Under the pieces are notes generated by a model. That model did not search any database. It saw only the letters and a list, made by a program, of their open reading frames with translations, and had not been told where the DNA came from. DNA of 60,622 nucleotides, filler included. It is 5 parts of 5 records of this genome, joined end to end, with 100 filler letters (N's around TTAATTAATTAA, not from the genome) between each part and the next. Parts side by side here need not be neighbours in the genome. Positions count along the whole stretch, not along the records: positions 41,970 to 53,702 come from SRR22947725_565; positions 53,803 to 60,622 come from SRR22947725_574; 3 more parts are not named here. One strand, given 5' to 3'. The translations under genes were made by a program, and so were the position numbers. Numbering within the stretch: position 1 is the stretch's first letter; each line of letters begins with the position of its first letter. This document shows, piece by piece, positions 49,224 through 57,900 of the stretch.

Positions 49224-50330
49224 ATGGTTGTCGTTGTCGCACCCAGTTACCCCTACAGAGGAGGTATAGCAGACACCACCGATGCTTTTGTTACAACACT
49301 CTTAAAACAAAATCAAGAGGTAGCTGTTGTTTCTTTTTCAATTCTCTACCCAAGACTACTTTTTCCCGGTAAAACACAATTCACAGAAGAACAAAAGATA
49401 TTACCTTACAAGTCAGTTCGACTTATAAATACCATAAATCCATACAGTTGGTGGAAAACGGCAAAATACATTAACCATCTTAAACCCAAGGCCGTAGTAT
49501 TTCGTTACTGGACTCCTTGGCTAGCACTTTCATATAGTGTAATTACCCGTTTTATAAAATGCAAAAAAATTGCATGGGTTGACAATGCGCTACCCCACGA
49601 ACGAAAAATAGCTGATGAAGTTTTGTTAAAAGCTTTTCTTGCAGGAATCAACGAAGTTGTAACTATGTCAGAAAAGGTTTCTTCAACACTAGAAGGATAT
49701 ACAAAACAGCCTGTAAAAATGCTTTTTCATCCAATAAACAATCATTTAGCTGAGCCTATAGATAAAGCAAAGGCTGTAGCAGCTTTAGGCTTGGATGGTA
49801 CGTTTGAGCACCTATTATTCTTTGGTCTTATTCGACCCTACAAGGGGCTGGACACTCTTATAAAAAGCCTTCCTGCACTATTAAAAAAAAGGCCTGTCGT
49901 TCGTGTTTTGGTTGTTGGTGAACCCTATGAACCAATGGAACGCTATCATGCCCTAGCAGTATCCTTAAACGTAGATGAAAAAATTCTTTTTCATGATCGT
50001 TTTGTACCAAATGCTGAAATTTCTTTGTGGTTTTCAGCCTGTGATTGGGTTGTACAACCCTATAAATCAGCTACACAAAGTGGCATCACTCCTATGGCAA
50101 TTCATTATTCACGACCAACTGTAGTGACAGATGTTGGCGGATTGGCCGATGGCATTACACCAGAAACAGGCCTTGTTTCAAAGGCAAACCCAACTTCCCT
50201 TGGCAAAACACTCGAAAAAGCTCTTGCCAATACTAAATCCTTCCAAAATCCAAAAGCATTTTCAGTGCTTAGGAAAGAGAAAAGTTGGCATAAATTTTGT
50301 CAAGAATTTACAAATGATTTCTTAAGCTAA
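49224..50330 (+). CDS. Glycosyltransferase family 4
   Basis: PYRGGIA, FFGLIRPYKG, PYKSATQSG, TDVGGL; ATG right after the secA stop. Confidence 0.88.
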   Translation: MVVVVAPSYPYRGGIADTTDAFVTTLLKQNQEVAVVSFSILYPRLLFPGKTQFTEEQKILPYKSVRLINTINPYSWWKTAKYINHLKPKAVVFRYWTPWLALSYSVITRFIKCKKIAWVDNALPHERKIADEVLLKAFLAGINEVVTMSEKVSSTLEGYTKQPVKMLFHPINNHLAEPIDKAKAVAALGLDGTFEHLLFFGLIRPYKGLDTLIKSLPALLKKRPVVRVLVVGEPYEPMERYHALAVSLNVDEKILFHDRFVPNAEISLWFSACDWVVQPYKSATQSGITPMAIHYSRPTVVTDVGGLADGITPETGLVSKANPTSLGKTLEKALANTKSFQNPKAFSVLRKEKSWHKFCQEFTNDFLS

Positions 50331-50334
50331 ACCT

Positions 50335-50994
50335 ATGCAACTATTTATTTCAAGTATTATGAGTAGTACCCTTTTGGCATGTACAATTGCAGCGCCAAAA
50401 GCAACAGATAACACACTTCCTGCTACGTCACAATCATATAATGTAGCGCAACATTTAGAAACAGCTTATTTTGCCTCAGGCTGTTTTTGGTGTGTTGAAG
50501 CCGTTTTTGAACAAGTTAATGGTGTTGAGGAAGTCCTTTCTGGTTATGCAGGAGGTGACACTGTAAACCCTACCTATAGTCAAGTAGTAACAGGAAGAAC
50601 GGGGCATGCCGAAACCACAAAAGTAATTTATGATCCTAAAAAAATAGATTTTGAAACCTTGGTTACGGTCTTTTTTGGATCCCACGACCCTACCACACTT
50701 AACCGACAAGGTCCTGATAAAGGAACCCATTATCGTTCCATCGCTTTTTATCAAAATGATGCAGAGAAATTAATTATTAAAGAGCATATTGAAAAGCTAA
50801 CAAAAGCTGAACGGTATATAAACCCCATAGTCACTGAAGTAAAGGCATTTGATGTGTTTTATCAAGCTGAGGACTATCACCAAAATTATGAACAGAACAA
50901 TCCAAACAATCCCTACATCAAGGCAGTATCAAAGCCACGGGTTAGTTCATTTTTACAAGCCTATCCAGAACTTCTTAAAAAGGGTTTGGAATAA
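50335..50994 (+). CDS. msrA: Peptide methionine-S-sulfoxide reductase with lipoprotein-like signal
   Basis: GCFWC, GYAGG, GHAE, RQGPD, AEDYHQNY; N-terminal LLAC. Confidence 0.93.
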   Translation: MQLFISSIMSSTLLACTIAAPKATDNTLPATSQSYNVAQHLETAYFASGCFWCVEAVFEQVNGVEEVLSGYAGGDTVNPTYSQVVTGRTGHAETTKVIYDPKKIDFETLVTVFFGSHDPTTLNRQGPDKGTHYRSIAFYQNDAEKLIIKEHIEKLTKAERYINPIVTEVKAFDVFYQAEDYHQNYEQNNPNNPYIKAVSKPRVSSFLQAYPELLKKGLE

Positions 50995-51538
50995 ACTTTT
51001 TATAAAGTGTAGCGAAACCCCATCCACCAAACATTCCAAACAAGGTGCCGCTTAGGACATCAAGGGGATAGTGTACTCCAATATAAATCCGACTGTACGC
51101 AACAACAGAAGCTACTACAAACAGGAGATACATCATTCTGAAGCGTTTTGCGAAAAGGGTAACGAACAAAGTTGCCATGGCAAAGGAATTTGAGGCGTGA
51201 CCAGAAAAATACCCGTATTTACCACCACAACTTGGTTTAACCCGACGCATGATATCCATAATTTCTGGCTCATGACAAGGTCGTAAGCGCTGGAAACCAC
51301 TTTTAAATAGGTTGGTGATTTGATCAGTAAACGTAATGAGTAAGGCAATTGTAAGCAACAGCCAAAGGGTGTTTTTCCATCCCAGCCAATTGGACGAAAA
51401 AATGGTTAACACTAGGTAGAAAGCAATGGTATATCGCTTATCTGTTATATGCATCCATAAAGAATCAAAACTTGTGCAACCTAATCCATTAAGCCAAAGA
51501 AAAAGTTCTTGATCCCATAGTAAAAGCGTGTCCATCAA
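50975..51538 (-). CDS. PAP2 family phosphatase
   Basis: KSGFQRLRP, SGH, SRIYIGVHYPLD. Confidence 0.9.
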   Translation of the reverse strand: MMDTLLLWDQELFLWLNGLGCTSFDSLWMHITDKRYTIAFYLVLTIFSSNWLGWKNTLWLLLTIALLITFTDQITNLFKSGFQRLRPCHEPEIMDIMRRVKPSCGGKYGYFSGHASNSFAMATLFVTLFAKRFRMMYLLFVVASVVAYSRIYIGVHYPLDVLSGTLFGMFGGWGFATLYKKFIPNPF

Positions 51539-51768
51539 TCCTTGTATCGAGTAATTTCAGTGTCGTAAAAAGCAGTTGCACGTTCAATCCATGAAGCAAC
51601 TTCTTCAGTAGCATTTTCCTTATCACCTTCAGAGAAAGACTCCCACCATTCCAAATCGTCATTAGCAAGATTTAGAACAAACCGAGGAAAGCGTGTATGT
51701 ACAACAAAAACAGCTTCGGGGAAGTCAGCATTATCAGCGAGCAAAAATTCTGGTAACGTTTCAGTCAT
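51535..51768 (-). CDS. Small acidic conserved hypothetical protein
   Basis: LPEFLLADN...HTRFPRF; overlaps both neighbours. Confidence 0.7.
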   Translation of the reverse strand: MTETLPEFLLADNADFPEAVFVVHTRFPRFVLNLANDDLEWWESFSEGDKENATEEVASWIERATAFYDTEITRYKD

Positions 51769-53125
51769 GAATTTTAATCATTTTATTGGTTAAATACCTA
51801 AAGCGAAGATACAATAACAATGATGAAACAACGAGGCCAAAACACAAGCCTATCCAAACACCTTGAGCACCCATATCCATTGATAGACTCAAATATAACA
51901 TCACAGGAACCCCTGTAAGTCCATAGGCCAAAAATGTAATCCATGTAGGAATACGAACGTCTTGTAGACCTCTTAAACTCCCTAAAGCAACAACTTGAGC
52001 ACCATCAAAAATTTGAAAAAAAGCTGAAATAAAGAGTAGTGATGCCGCCAATTCAGCTACTGCAAAAGTATCAAGTCCTGTTGAAGCTTCTAGATACAAC
52101 CATGGTAAATAATCACTGAAAAGAATAAAGAAGGCAGCAAATAGAATATCTAATAAAAATGTTAATAGGAAAATTGATAATGCGATTCGTTTTAGCTCTC
52201 GAAACGCACCTAATCCTTTTTGGTTGCCTACACGTATTGTAGCGGCTACGCTTAAACCCATAGCGACCATGAAGGTCATAGAAGAAAGGTTGAGCGCAAT
52301 TTGATTTGCAGCTTGGGCATCTTTGCTTAAAAAACCGCACACCCAAATGGCAAACGTAAAAAAACTAACTTCAAAAAACATTTGCAAAGAAGAAGGTAAA
52401 CCCAACTGGATTAATCGTTTTCTCTCTTTAAGGTGTGATGAAAGTGAAACCAGTTTTCGTATGTAAAACGATGTTCTGGGATCCTTATAAAGAAGGTAAA
52501 TCAAAAATAGCAACATAGTAACTCGAGAAAGCAACGTTCCTACCGCAGCTCCAGTAACCCCCCATTTTGGAAATACCCAAATTCCAAAAATTAAAAAGTA
52601 ATTGGCAATTACATTAATAACATTCGCTAAAAGAGTCGCATACATGCTGTAACGTGTTAGGGACATACCATCTGAAAACTGCTTAAATGCTTGAAAGATA
52701 ATTAAGGGAATAAGCGAAAAGGCTACCCAATTTAAGTATGGGAAAGCGAGTTCAACAACGGAAGGCTCTTGACCCATTCGAAACAAAAGGGGCTTAGCGA
52801 CATAAACAGCCATAAAAAGAACCACGCCCAAAATGATACACAAACGAAGACCCTCACGTAATACATGCTGTATTGATGTGGTGTCATCAGATGCATCTGA
52901 TGCCGCGATTAAAGGAGTGATTGCAGTAGAAAAACCAATTCCAATAGCCATGGCAATAAAAACAAAACTGTTGCCTAAAGAAATAGCTGCCAGTTCGGTA
53001 GTGCCAAGTTGACCTACCATAATATTGTCTACAAACTGAACTAAGGTATGTCCTACCATTCCCAGCATGACAGGCCAGGCTAAGCGAATGTTTGTTTTAA
53101 ATTCTTGGGTATATCCTTGAAACAT
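51761..53125 (-). CDS. MATE family efflux transporter (NorM-like)
   Basis: LAWP, FVDNIMVG, GLP...FFEV, AANQIALN, LRGLQD; about 12 TMs. Confidence 0.92.
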   Translation of the reverse strand: MFQGYTQEFKTNIRLAWPVMLGMVGHTLVQFVDNIMVGQLGTTELAAISLGNSFVFIAMAIGIGFSTAITPLIAASDASDDTTSIQHVLREGLRLCIILGVVLFMAVYVAKPLLFRMGQEPSVVELAFPYLNWVAFSLIPLIIFQAFKQFSDGMSLTRYSMYATLLANVINVIANYFLIFGIWVFPKWGVTGAAVGTLLSRVTMLLFLIYLLYKDPRTSFYIRKLVSLSSHLKERKRLIQLGLPSSLQMFFEVSFFTFAIWVCGFLSKDAQAANQIALNLSSMTFMVAMGLSVAATIRVGNQKGLGAFRELKRIALSIFLLTFLLDILFAAFFILFSDYLPWLYLEASTGLDTFAVAELAASLLFISAFFQIFDGAQVVALGSLRGLQDVRIPTWITFLAYGLTGVPVMLYLSLSMDMGAQGVWIGLCFGLVVSSLLLYLRFRYLTNKMIKIHD

Positions 53126-53134
53126 AGATTAATC

Positions 53135-53702
53135 CTAGCGGTCTAAGGAATTTGGTACAGGACCTACAAGACCATATGTATCATATAAATAGATCAGTGA
53201 GGTCATCGTTGCTGCACCAAGTTCAAGCTCGCGTTTATTTACCGCATCAAACGTATCGTTTTCAGCATGGTGGTGATCAAAATATCGTTGGGAGTCTGGA
53301 CGTAATCCCGCCAAAACGTTGTACGTGTTTTTGAGTGGTCGGATATCAGCACCACTCCCACCCTGTTCAAAATAATGGATCAAATAGGGTTTAAATAGCG
53401 CTTTCCACGATTGTATCTGAGCAAATTCTGAGTCTGAACATGAAAATGAAAAACCTCTTGGAGTAAAGCCACCAGCATCAGACTCTAAAGCGAAAATATG
53501 TTGTTCTTTAGATGATAACGCGCTTTCAGCATACGCATTACCTCCACGCAAACCATTTTCTTCATTCATGAAGAGTACAACTCGGATGGTCCGTTTTGGT
53601 TGATACTCAGTGACCTTAAATAAGCGTAATACTTCCATGGACTGCACTACACCAGCCCCATCATCGTGAGCGCCATCTCCTAAATCCCAAGAATCTAAAT
53701 GT
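53135..53702 (-). CDS. M28 peptidase (carboxypeptidase Q-like), 5'-truncated
   Basis: HLDSWD, AHDDGAG, NEENG, ESD, YFDHHH. Confidence 0.88.
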
Positions 53703-53802
53703 NNNNNNNNNNNNNNNNNNNNNNNNNNNNNNNNNNNNNNNNNNNNTTAATTAATTAANNNNNNNNNNNNNNNNNNNNNNNNNNNNNNNNNNNNNNNNNN
53801 NN
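53703..53802. other. Artificial contig spacer
   Basis: Same linker. Confidence 0.98.
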
Positions 53803-54720
53803 AAGTGTCTAATTATTGGTTCAGGACCTGCCGGATATACTGCTGCTATTTATGCTGCAAGAGCTAATATGAGTCCAGTTTTATACCAAGGAATTCAGCC
53901 TGGCGGACAACTAACGACAACAAATGACGTTGAAAATTTCCCTGGATATCCAGATGGAATTACTGGCCCTGAAATGATGATTCAATTACAAAAGCAAGCT
54001 GAGAGATTTGGTACAGATGTCAGAAGTGGATGGGTCACAAAAGTTGAGTTTAATGATGGATTAAAAGTATGGGTTAATGATAATGAAGAATTAGACTGTG
54101 AAACTATCATAATATCAACAGGAGCTTCAGCCAAATATTTAGGTTTAGAATCTGAACAAAAATATTTAAAACTAGGTGGCGGAGTCTCTGCTTGTGCAGT
54201 TTGTGATGGGTTTTTCTACAAAAATCAAGATGTTATAATTGTTGGTGCAGGTGATTCTGCTTGTGAAGAGGCACATTATCTTTCTAAGTTGTGCAATAAA
54301 GTTACAATGCTAGTTAGAAGAGATGAGTTTAGAGCTTCTAAGATTATGCAAGAAAGAGTAAAAAATACAGAAAATATTGACATTCTATTTAATACAGAAA
54401 CTGTTGAAGTTATTGGCAATGACCAAGTTGTTGACTCAGTTTTGGTTAAAAATAATAAGACTGATAAGCAAACTACAATTCCAGTTACTGGTTTCTTCGT
54501 AGCTATTGGTCATAAACCTAATACTGATATATTTAAGCCATACTTAGATATGGATGAAACGGGTTATATAGTAAATGAGCCTGGGTCTAGTAAAACAAAT
54601 ATTCCTGGAGTTTTTGTTTCTGGTGATGCTGCTGATCATGTTTATAGACAAGCTATTACTGCTGCTGGAACAGGTTGTATGGCTGCCTTGGACGCAGAAA
54701 GATATTTAGCATCATTATAA
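53803..54720 (+). CDS. trxB: Thioredoxin reductase (slightly 5'-truncated)
   Basis: IIGSGPAG from 53803, VENFPG, CAVCDG, GAGDSA, YRQAITAAG. Confidence 0.96.
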   Translation, partial: KCLIIGSGPAGYTAAIYAARANMSPVLYQGIQPGGQLTTTNDVENFPGYPDGITGPEMMIQLQKQAERFGTDVRSGWVTKVEFNDGLKVWVNDNEELDCETIIISTGASAKYLGLESEQKYLKLGGGVSACAVCDGFFYKNQDVIIVGAGDSACEEAHYLSKLCNKVTMLVRRDEFRASKIMQERVKNTENIDILFNTETVEVIGNDQVVDSVLVKNNKTDKQTTIPVTGFFVAIGHKPNTDIFKPYLDMDETGYIVNEPGSSKTNIPGVFVSGDAADHVYRQAITAAGTGCMAALDAERYLASL

Positions 54721-54724
54721 TTAT

Positions 54725-55174
54725 ATGAATTCAATAAAATATACTTTTTTTTTATTTTTCCAACTTCCATCAGCATTCTTTTGTGGAGTTAGACTAAAGT
54801 ATTTAGATTCTTTAAAATCAATTGTTTCAATAAACCATTCCTGGTTTAATAAAAACCCGTTTAAATCAATTTTCTGGGCAGCACAAGGTATGGCTGCTGA
54901 ACTAACAACAGGTTCTTTAATAAAAAATGTTATTAAAGAAAGTGGACTGAATGTTTCATATCTCGTAGTTGAAAATAAATCATCTTTTTTCAAGAAGGCA
55001 ACCGGAAAAATAATTTTTGAATGTAATCAAGGCAAAGAATTACAAGATTTATTTAATTCATTTAATCAAGACAATAATAATGCCACTATTGAGCTTAAAT
55101 CGGTTGGGGTAGACTCAAACAATGTAAAAGTTTCAGAATTTAGTTTTACTTGGTCTTTGAAAGTTAGGTCTTAA
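54725..55174 (+). CDS. Hot-dog fold thioesterase-like protein (DUF4442-like)
   Basis: LPSAFFCGVR, NKNPFKSIFW, AAELTTG, FKKATG. Confidence 0.75.
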   Translation: MNSIKYTFFLFFQLPSAFFCGVRLKYLDSLKSIVSINHSWFNKNPFKSIFWAAQGMAAELTTGSLIKNVIKESGLNVSYLVVENKSSFFKKATGKIIFECNQGKELQDLFNSFNQDNNNATIELKSVGVDSNNVKVSEFSFTWSLKVRS

Positions 55175-55473
55175 CTTTTAAAGTTTTTAAAGATATATTG
55201 TCCTTTTAGGACCTCTTTTTTGTTATTTAAAACATCATCCATTTTTTTAAATTCATTTACTATATTTTTTGCTTGAACAATTATCTTATTTCCCATCTCT
55301 GATAATTCAATTGGTTTTTTTGTTCTATCAAATATTTTAACTTTTAATTCTTCTTCGAGCTTTTGTATTTGCATACTTAAAGTAGGTTGAGAAATATTAC
55401 ATATATAAGCTGCCTTAGTAAAATTTCTAGTTTTTTCTAACGTAATTATATATTTTAACTGAGTGATAGTCAT
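55171..55473 (-). CDS. OxyR-like LysR regulator, DNA-binding domain and linker only
   Basis: MTITQL...NFTKAA...SQPTLSMQIQKLEEEL...FDR; stops at 100 aa with no effector domain. Confidence 0.8.
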   Translation of the reverse strand: MTITQLKYIITLEKTRNFTKAAYICNISQPTLSMQIQKLEEELKVKIFDRTKKPIELSEMGNKIIVQAKNIVNEFKKMDDVLNNKKEVLKGQYIFKNFKS

Positions 55474-56156
55474 CGTAATACCTTAACATTATTGATAAAA
55501 ATATTACTTATTGGCCAATCTAAATCATCAGTGTCTACTCCGGCAATTTTATCAACTACATCCATTCCTTTTGTAACTTTACCAAAAATAGTATAATCTC
55601 CATCTAAAAAGTGCGCTCCTGATTTACTTTGAACTATAAAAAATTCGTAAGGAGAGGCTAGTTTGTGAGGGTTTTCTATGATACTACTAGGCATACTTAC
55701 CATTCCTCTTGAATGTTTAAATCCGTGGTTGTTATCTACAGGAAGTAAATATTTTCCAATTGACTTTCTTTTTCTCCAAATCTTTTTGTTGTCGCTATTT
55801 CCACCTTGGATAATAAAATTATTAATCACTCTATAAAATTGTGTGCTTTTGAAATAATTTAATTTAGATAAATACAAGAAATTAGATCTATGAAACTTAG
55901 TTTCGTTAAAAAGAGTTATTTCAATCTTACCCATATCAGTGTCTAATTCTATAACATTTTCCTTATGAATTTTGTCATATTCTAAGAAAAAATCCATAGC
56001 GTTTTTTTCTGTTAAAACAAATTTTGACTTATCTTTTGAAGCTTCTTTTTTTACTTTACTAACACTAGTAACTTTAGTTTTATTTATATTTTTCTTATCT
56101 TCTATAGTGCAGGAAGATAACAATGAAGCAATTAAAAACAGATATAGTAATCTCAT
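55470..56156 (-). CDS. Cyclophilin-type peptidyl-prolyl isomerase lipoprotein
   Basis: LLSSC lipobox, FYRVINNFIIQGG, FFIV, LDGDYTIFGKV. Confidence 0.88.
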   Translation of the reverse strand: MRLLYLFLIASLLSSCTIEDKKNINKTKVTSVSKVKKEASKDKSKFVLTEKNAMDFFLEYDKIHKENVIELDTDMGKIEITLFNETKFHRSNFLYLSKLNYFKSTQFYRVINNFIIQGGNSDNKKIWRKRKSIGKYLLPVDNNHGFKHSRGMVSMPSSIIENPHKLASPYEFFIVQSKSGAHFLDGDYTIFGKVTKGMDVVDKIAGVDTDDLDWPISNIFINNVKVLR

Positions 56157-56168
56157 TACTTATTAAAA

Positions 56169-56828
56169 ATGAATTTTAAAGATCTAAAACGTATAATACC
56201 AAAGTTAAAGTTAAGTAATTTAAATTCAAAAACGTCTCAAATTAATCTAGCACCAAGTTTTAGAAAAGAATTTATAAAACTTAATAGTAATAAGCTCTTA
56301 AACTCAAAGAAAGCCGCTGTAACAGCAGCATTGTACGCTGATGAGAATAATCTAGTAAGATTAATATTAATTTTAAGAAATACCTATAATGGAGTTCATT
56401 CAAATCAAATTGGCTTTCCAGGTGGTAGAGTAGAAGAGGATGACAAAACTCTATTTGATACAGCAATTAGAGAAACCTATGAAGAAATTGGTGTAGCTGT
56501 AGAAAAAAATGAATTAATTAAAGAGTTAAAGGAAATTTATATTCCTCCAAGTAATTTTAATGTATACCCTTTTTTAGTTTTATTAAATCACCCACCTTGT
56601 TTTATGAAAGACGATAAAGAGGTTAAAGAAATTATTACAATAGATTTAGATTCTTTACTTAATTGCAAAATTACTCAGACTTTAATACCAGTTCCTACTA
56701 TATTAAATGAATTAAACACTCAAAATGATGTGTTAGTACCAACCTTTAAATTAGCTGGCTATAATGTTTGGGGAGCTACAGCAATGATGCTTTCTGAAAT
56801 AAGAGATTTAATTAACGATGTTATTTAA
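56169..56828 (+). CDS. Nudix CoA pyrophosphatase
   Basis: HSNQIGFPGG then Nudix box TAIRETYEEIG; VWGATA. Confidence 0.9.
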   Translation: MNFKDLKRIIPKLKLSNLNSKTSQINLAPSFRKEFIKLNSNKLLNSKKAAVTAALYADENNLVRLILILRNTYNGVHSNQIGFPGGRVEEDDKTLFDTAIRETYEEIGVAVEKNELIKELKEIYIPPSNFNVYPFLVLLNHPPCFMKDDKEVKEIITIDLDSLLNCKITQTLIPVPTILNELNTQNDVLVPTFKLAGYNVWGATAMMLSEIRDLINDVI

Positions 56829-56861
56829 CTTTTATTAACTTAGCGCTTTAATCAATCATAC

Positions 56862-57659
56862 GTGGGTCTTTTTAAGAGAAATCCTTTTGGTCATATTTTA
56901 TTTATAAAGAAATGGTTAATTCGTATTCTTGGTACTTTATCCCATCGCAGATTTAGAGGTTTCAATGAACTAAAAATTGAGGGTTCTGAGATAATCAAAA
57001 ATTTACCTGATAAAAATGTTTTATTTATTTCTAATCACCAAACATATTTTGCAGATGTAGTTTCTATGTTTCATGTATTTAATGCTAGTTTAAAAGGAAG
57101 GGTCGATTCTATTAAAAATGTTGGCTACCTATGGCACCCTAAACTTAATATGTATTTTATTGCTGCAAAAGAAACAATGACATCTGGCTTACTACCAAAA
57201 ATAATGGCATATGCTGGGTCTGTGAGTATTGAAAGAACTTGGAGAAGTAAAGGCGAAGATGTTAAAAGGCAAGTTAAAATGAGTGATGTTTCTAAAATTG
57301 GTACAGCTTTAAATGATGGTTGGGTTATTACTTTCCCACAAGGAACTACAACTCCTTTTAAACCCATTAGAAAAGGAACGGCATTTATTATTAAACAATA
57401 TAAACCCATAGTAATTCCCATTGTAATTGACGGTTTTAGAAGATCATTTGATAAAAAAGGGCTGAGAATTAAAAAGAAAAATATCCTTCAATCAATGGAA
57501 ATTAAACCTCCTTTAGATATTGATTATGAAAAGGATACAGCAGAAGATATTGTTACAAAAATTGAATATGCAATAGAACAACATCCTTCATTTTTAAAAG
57601 TTATTTCAAAGGAAGAATTGAAAAAAAATAATGAGCTAAATAAAAAAAGAGAGTGGTAG
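56862..57659 (+). CDS. Lysophospholipid acyltransferase (PlsC family)
   Basis: SNHQTYFAD (HxxxxD), FPQG; GTG start. Confidence 0.88.
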   Translation: MGLFKRNPFGHILFIKKWLIRILGTLSHRRFRGFNELKIEGSEIIKNLPDKNVLFISNHQTYFADVVSMFHVFNASLKGRVDSIKNVGYLWHPKLNMYFIAAKETMTSGLLPKIMAYAGSVSIERTWRSKGEDVKRQVKMSDVSKIGTALNDGWVITFPQGTTTPFKPIRKGTAFIIKQYKPIVIPIVIDGFRRSFDKKGLRIKKKNILQSMEIKPPLDIDYEKDTAEDIVTKIEYAIEQHPSFLKVISKEELKKNNELNKKREW

Positions 57660-57896
57660 TTATTTTTTTGGAGGCAATGGACCTCTAAGATGAATTATTA
57701 ATGCATTTAGAAAGTTTCTTAACATTTGATCTCCACATTCCATATATTTTGGGTGATTCTCATTTCTAAAAAATGCATTAAGTTCACTTTTTGAAACTTT
57801 AAAATCTACCAATGTAAATATCTTTATAATATCATTATCTCTTAGCTTGTGTGCCACCCTGAGTTTTTTAAAAATATCATTATTAGTTAGTCCCAT
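57660..57896 (-). CDS. DUF1456 (YehS-like) protein
   Basis: TNNDIFKKLRVA...CGDQMLRNFLN...RG. Confidence 0.82.
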   Translation of the reverse strand: MGLTNNDIFKKLRVAHKLRDNDIIKIFTLVDFKVSKSELNAFFRNENHPKYMECGDQMLRNFLNALIIHLRGPLPPKK

Positions 57897-57900
57897 ATTT

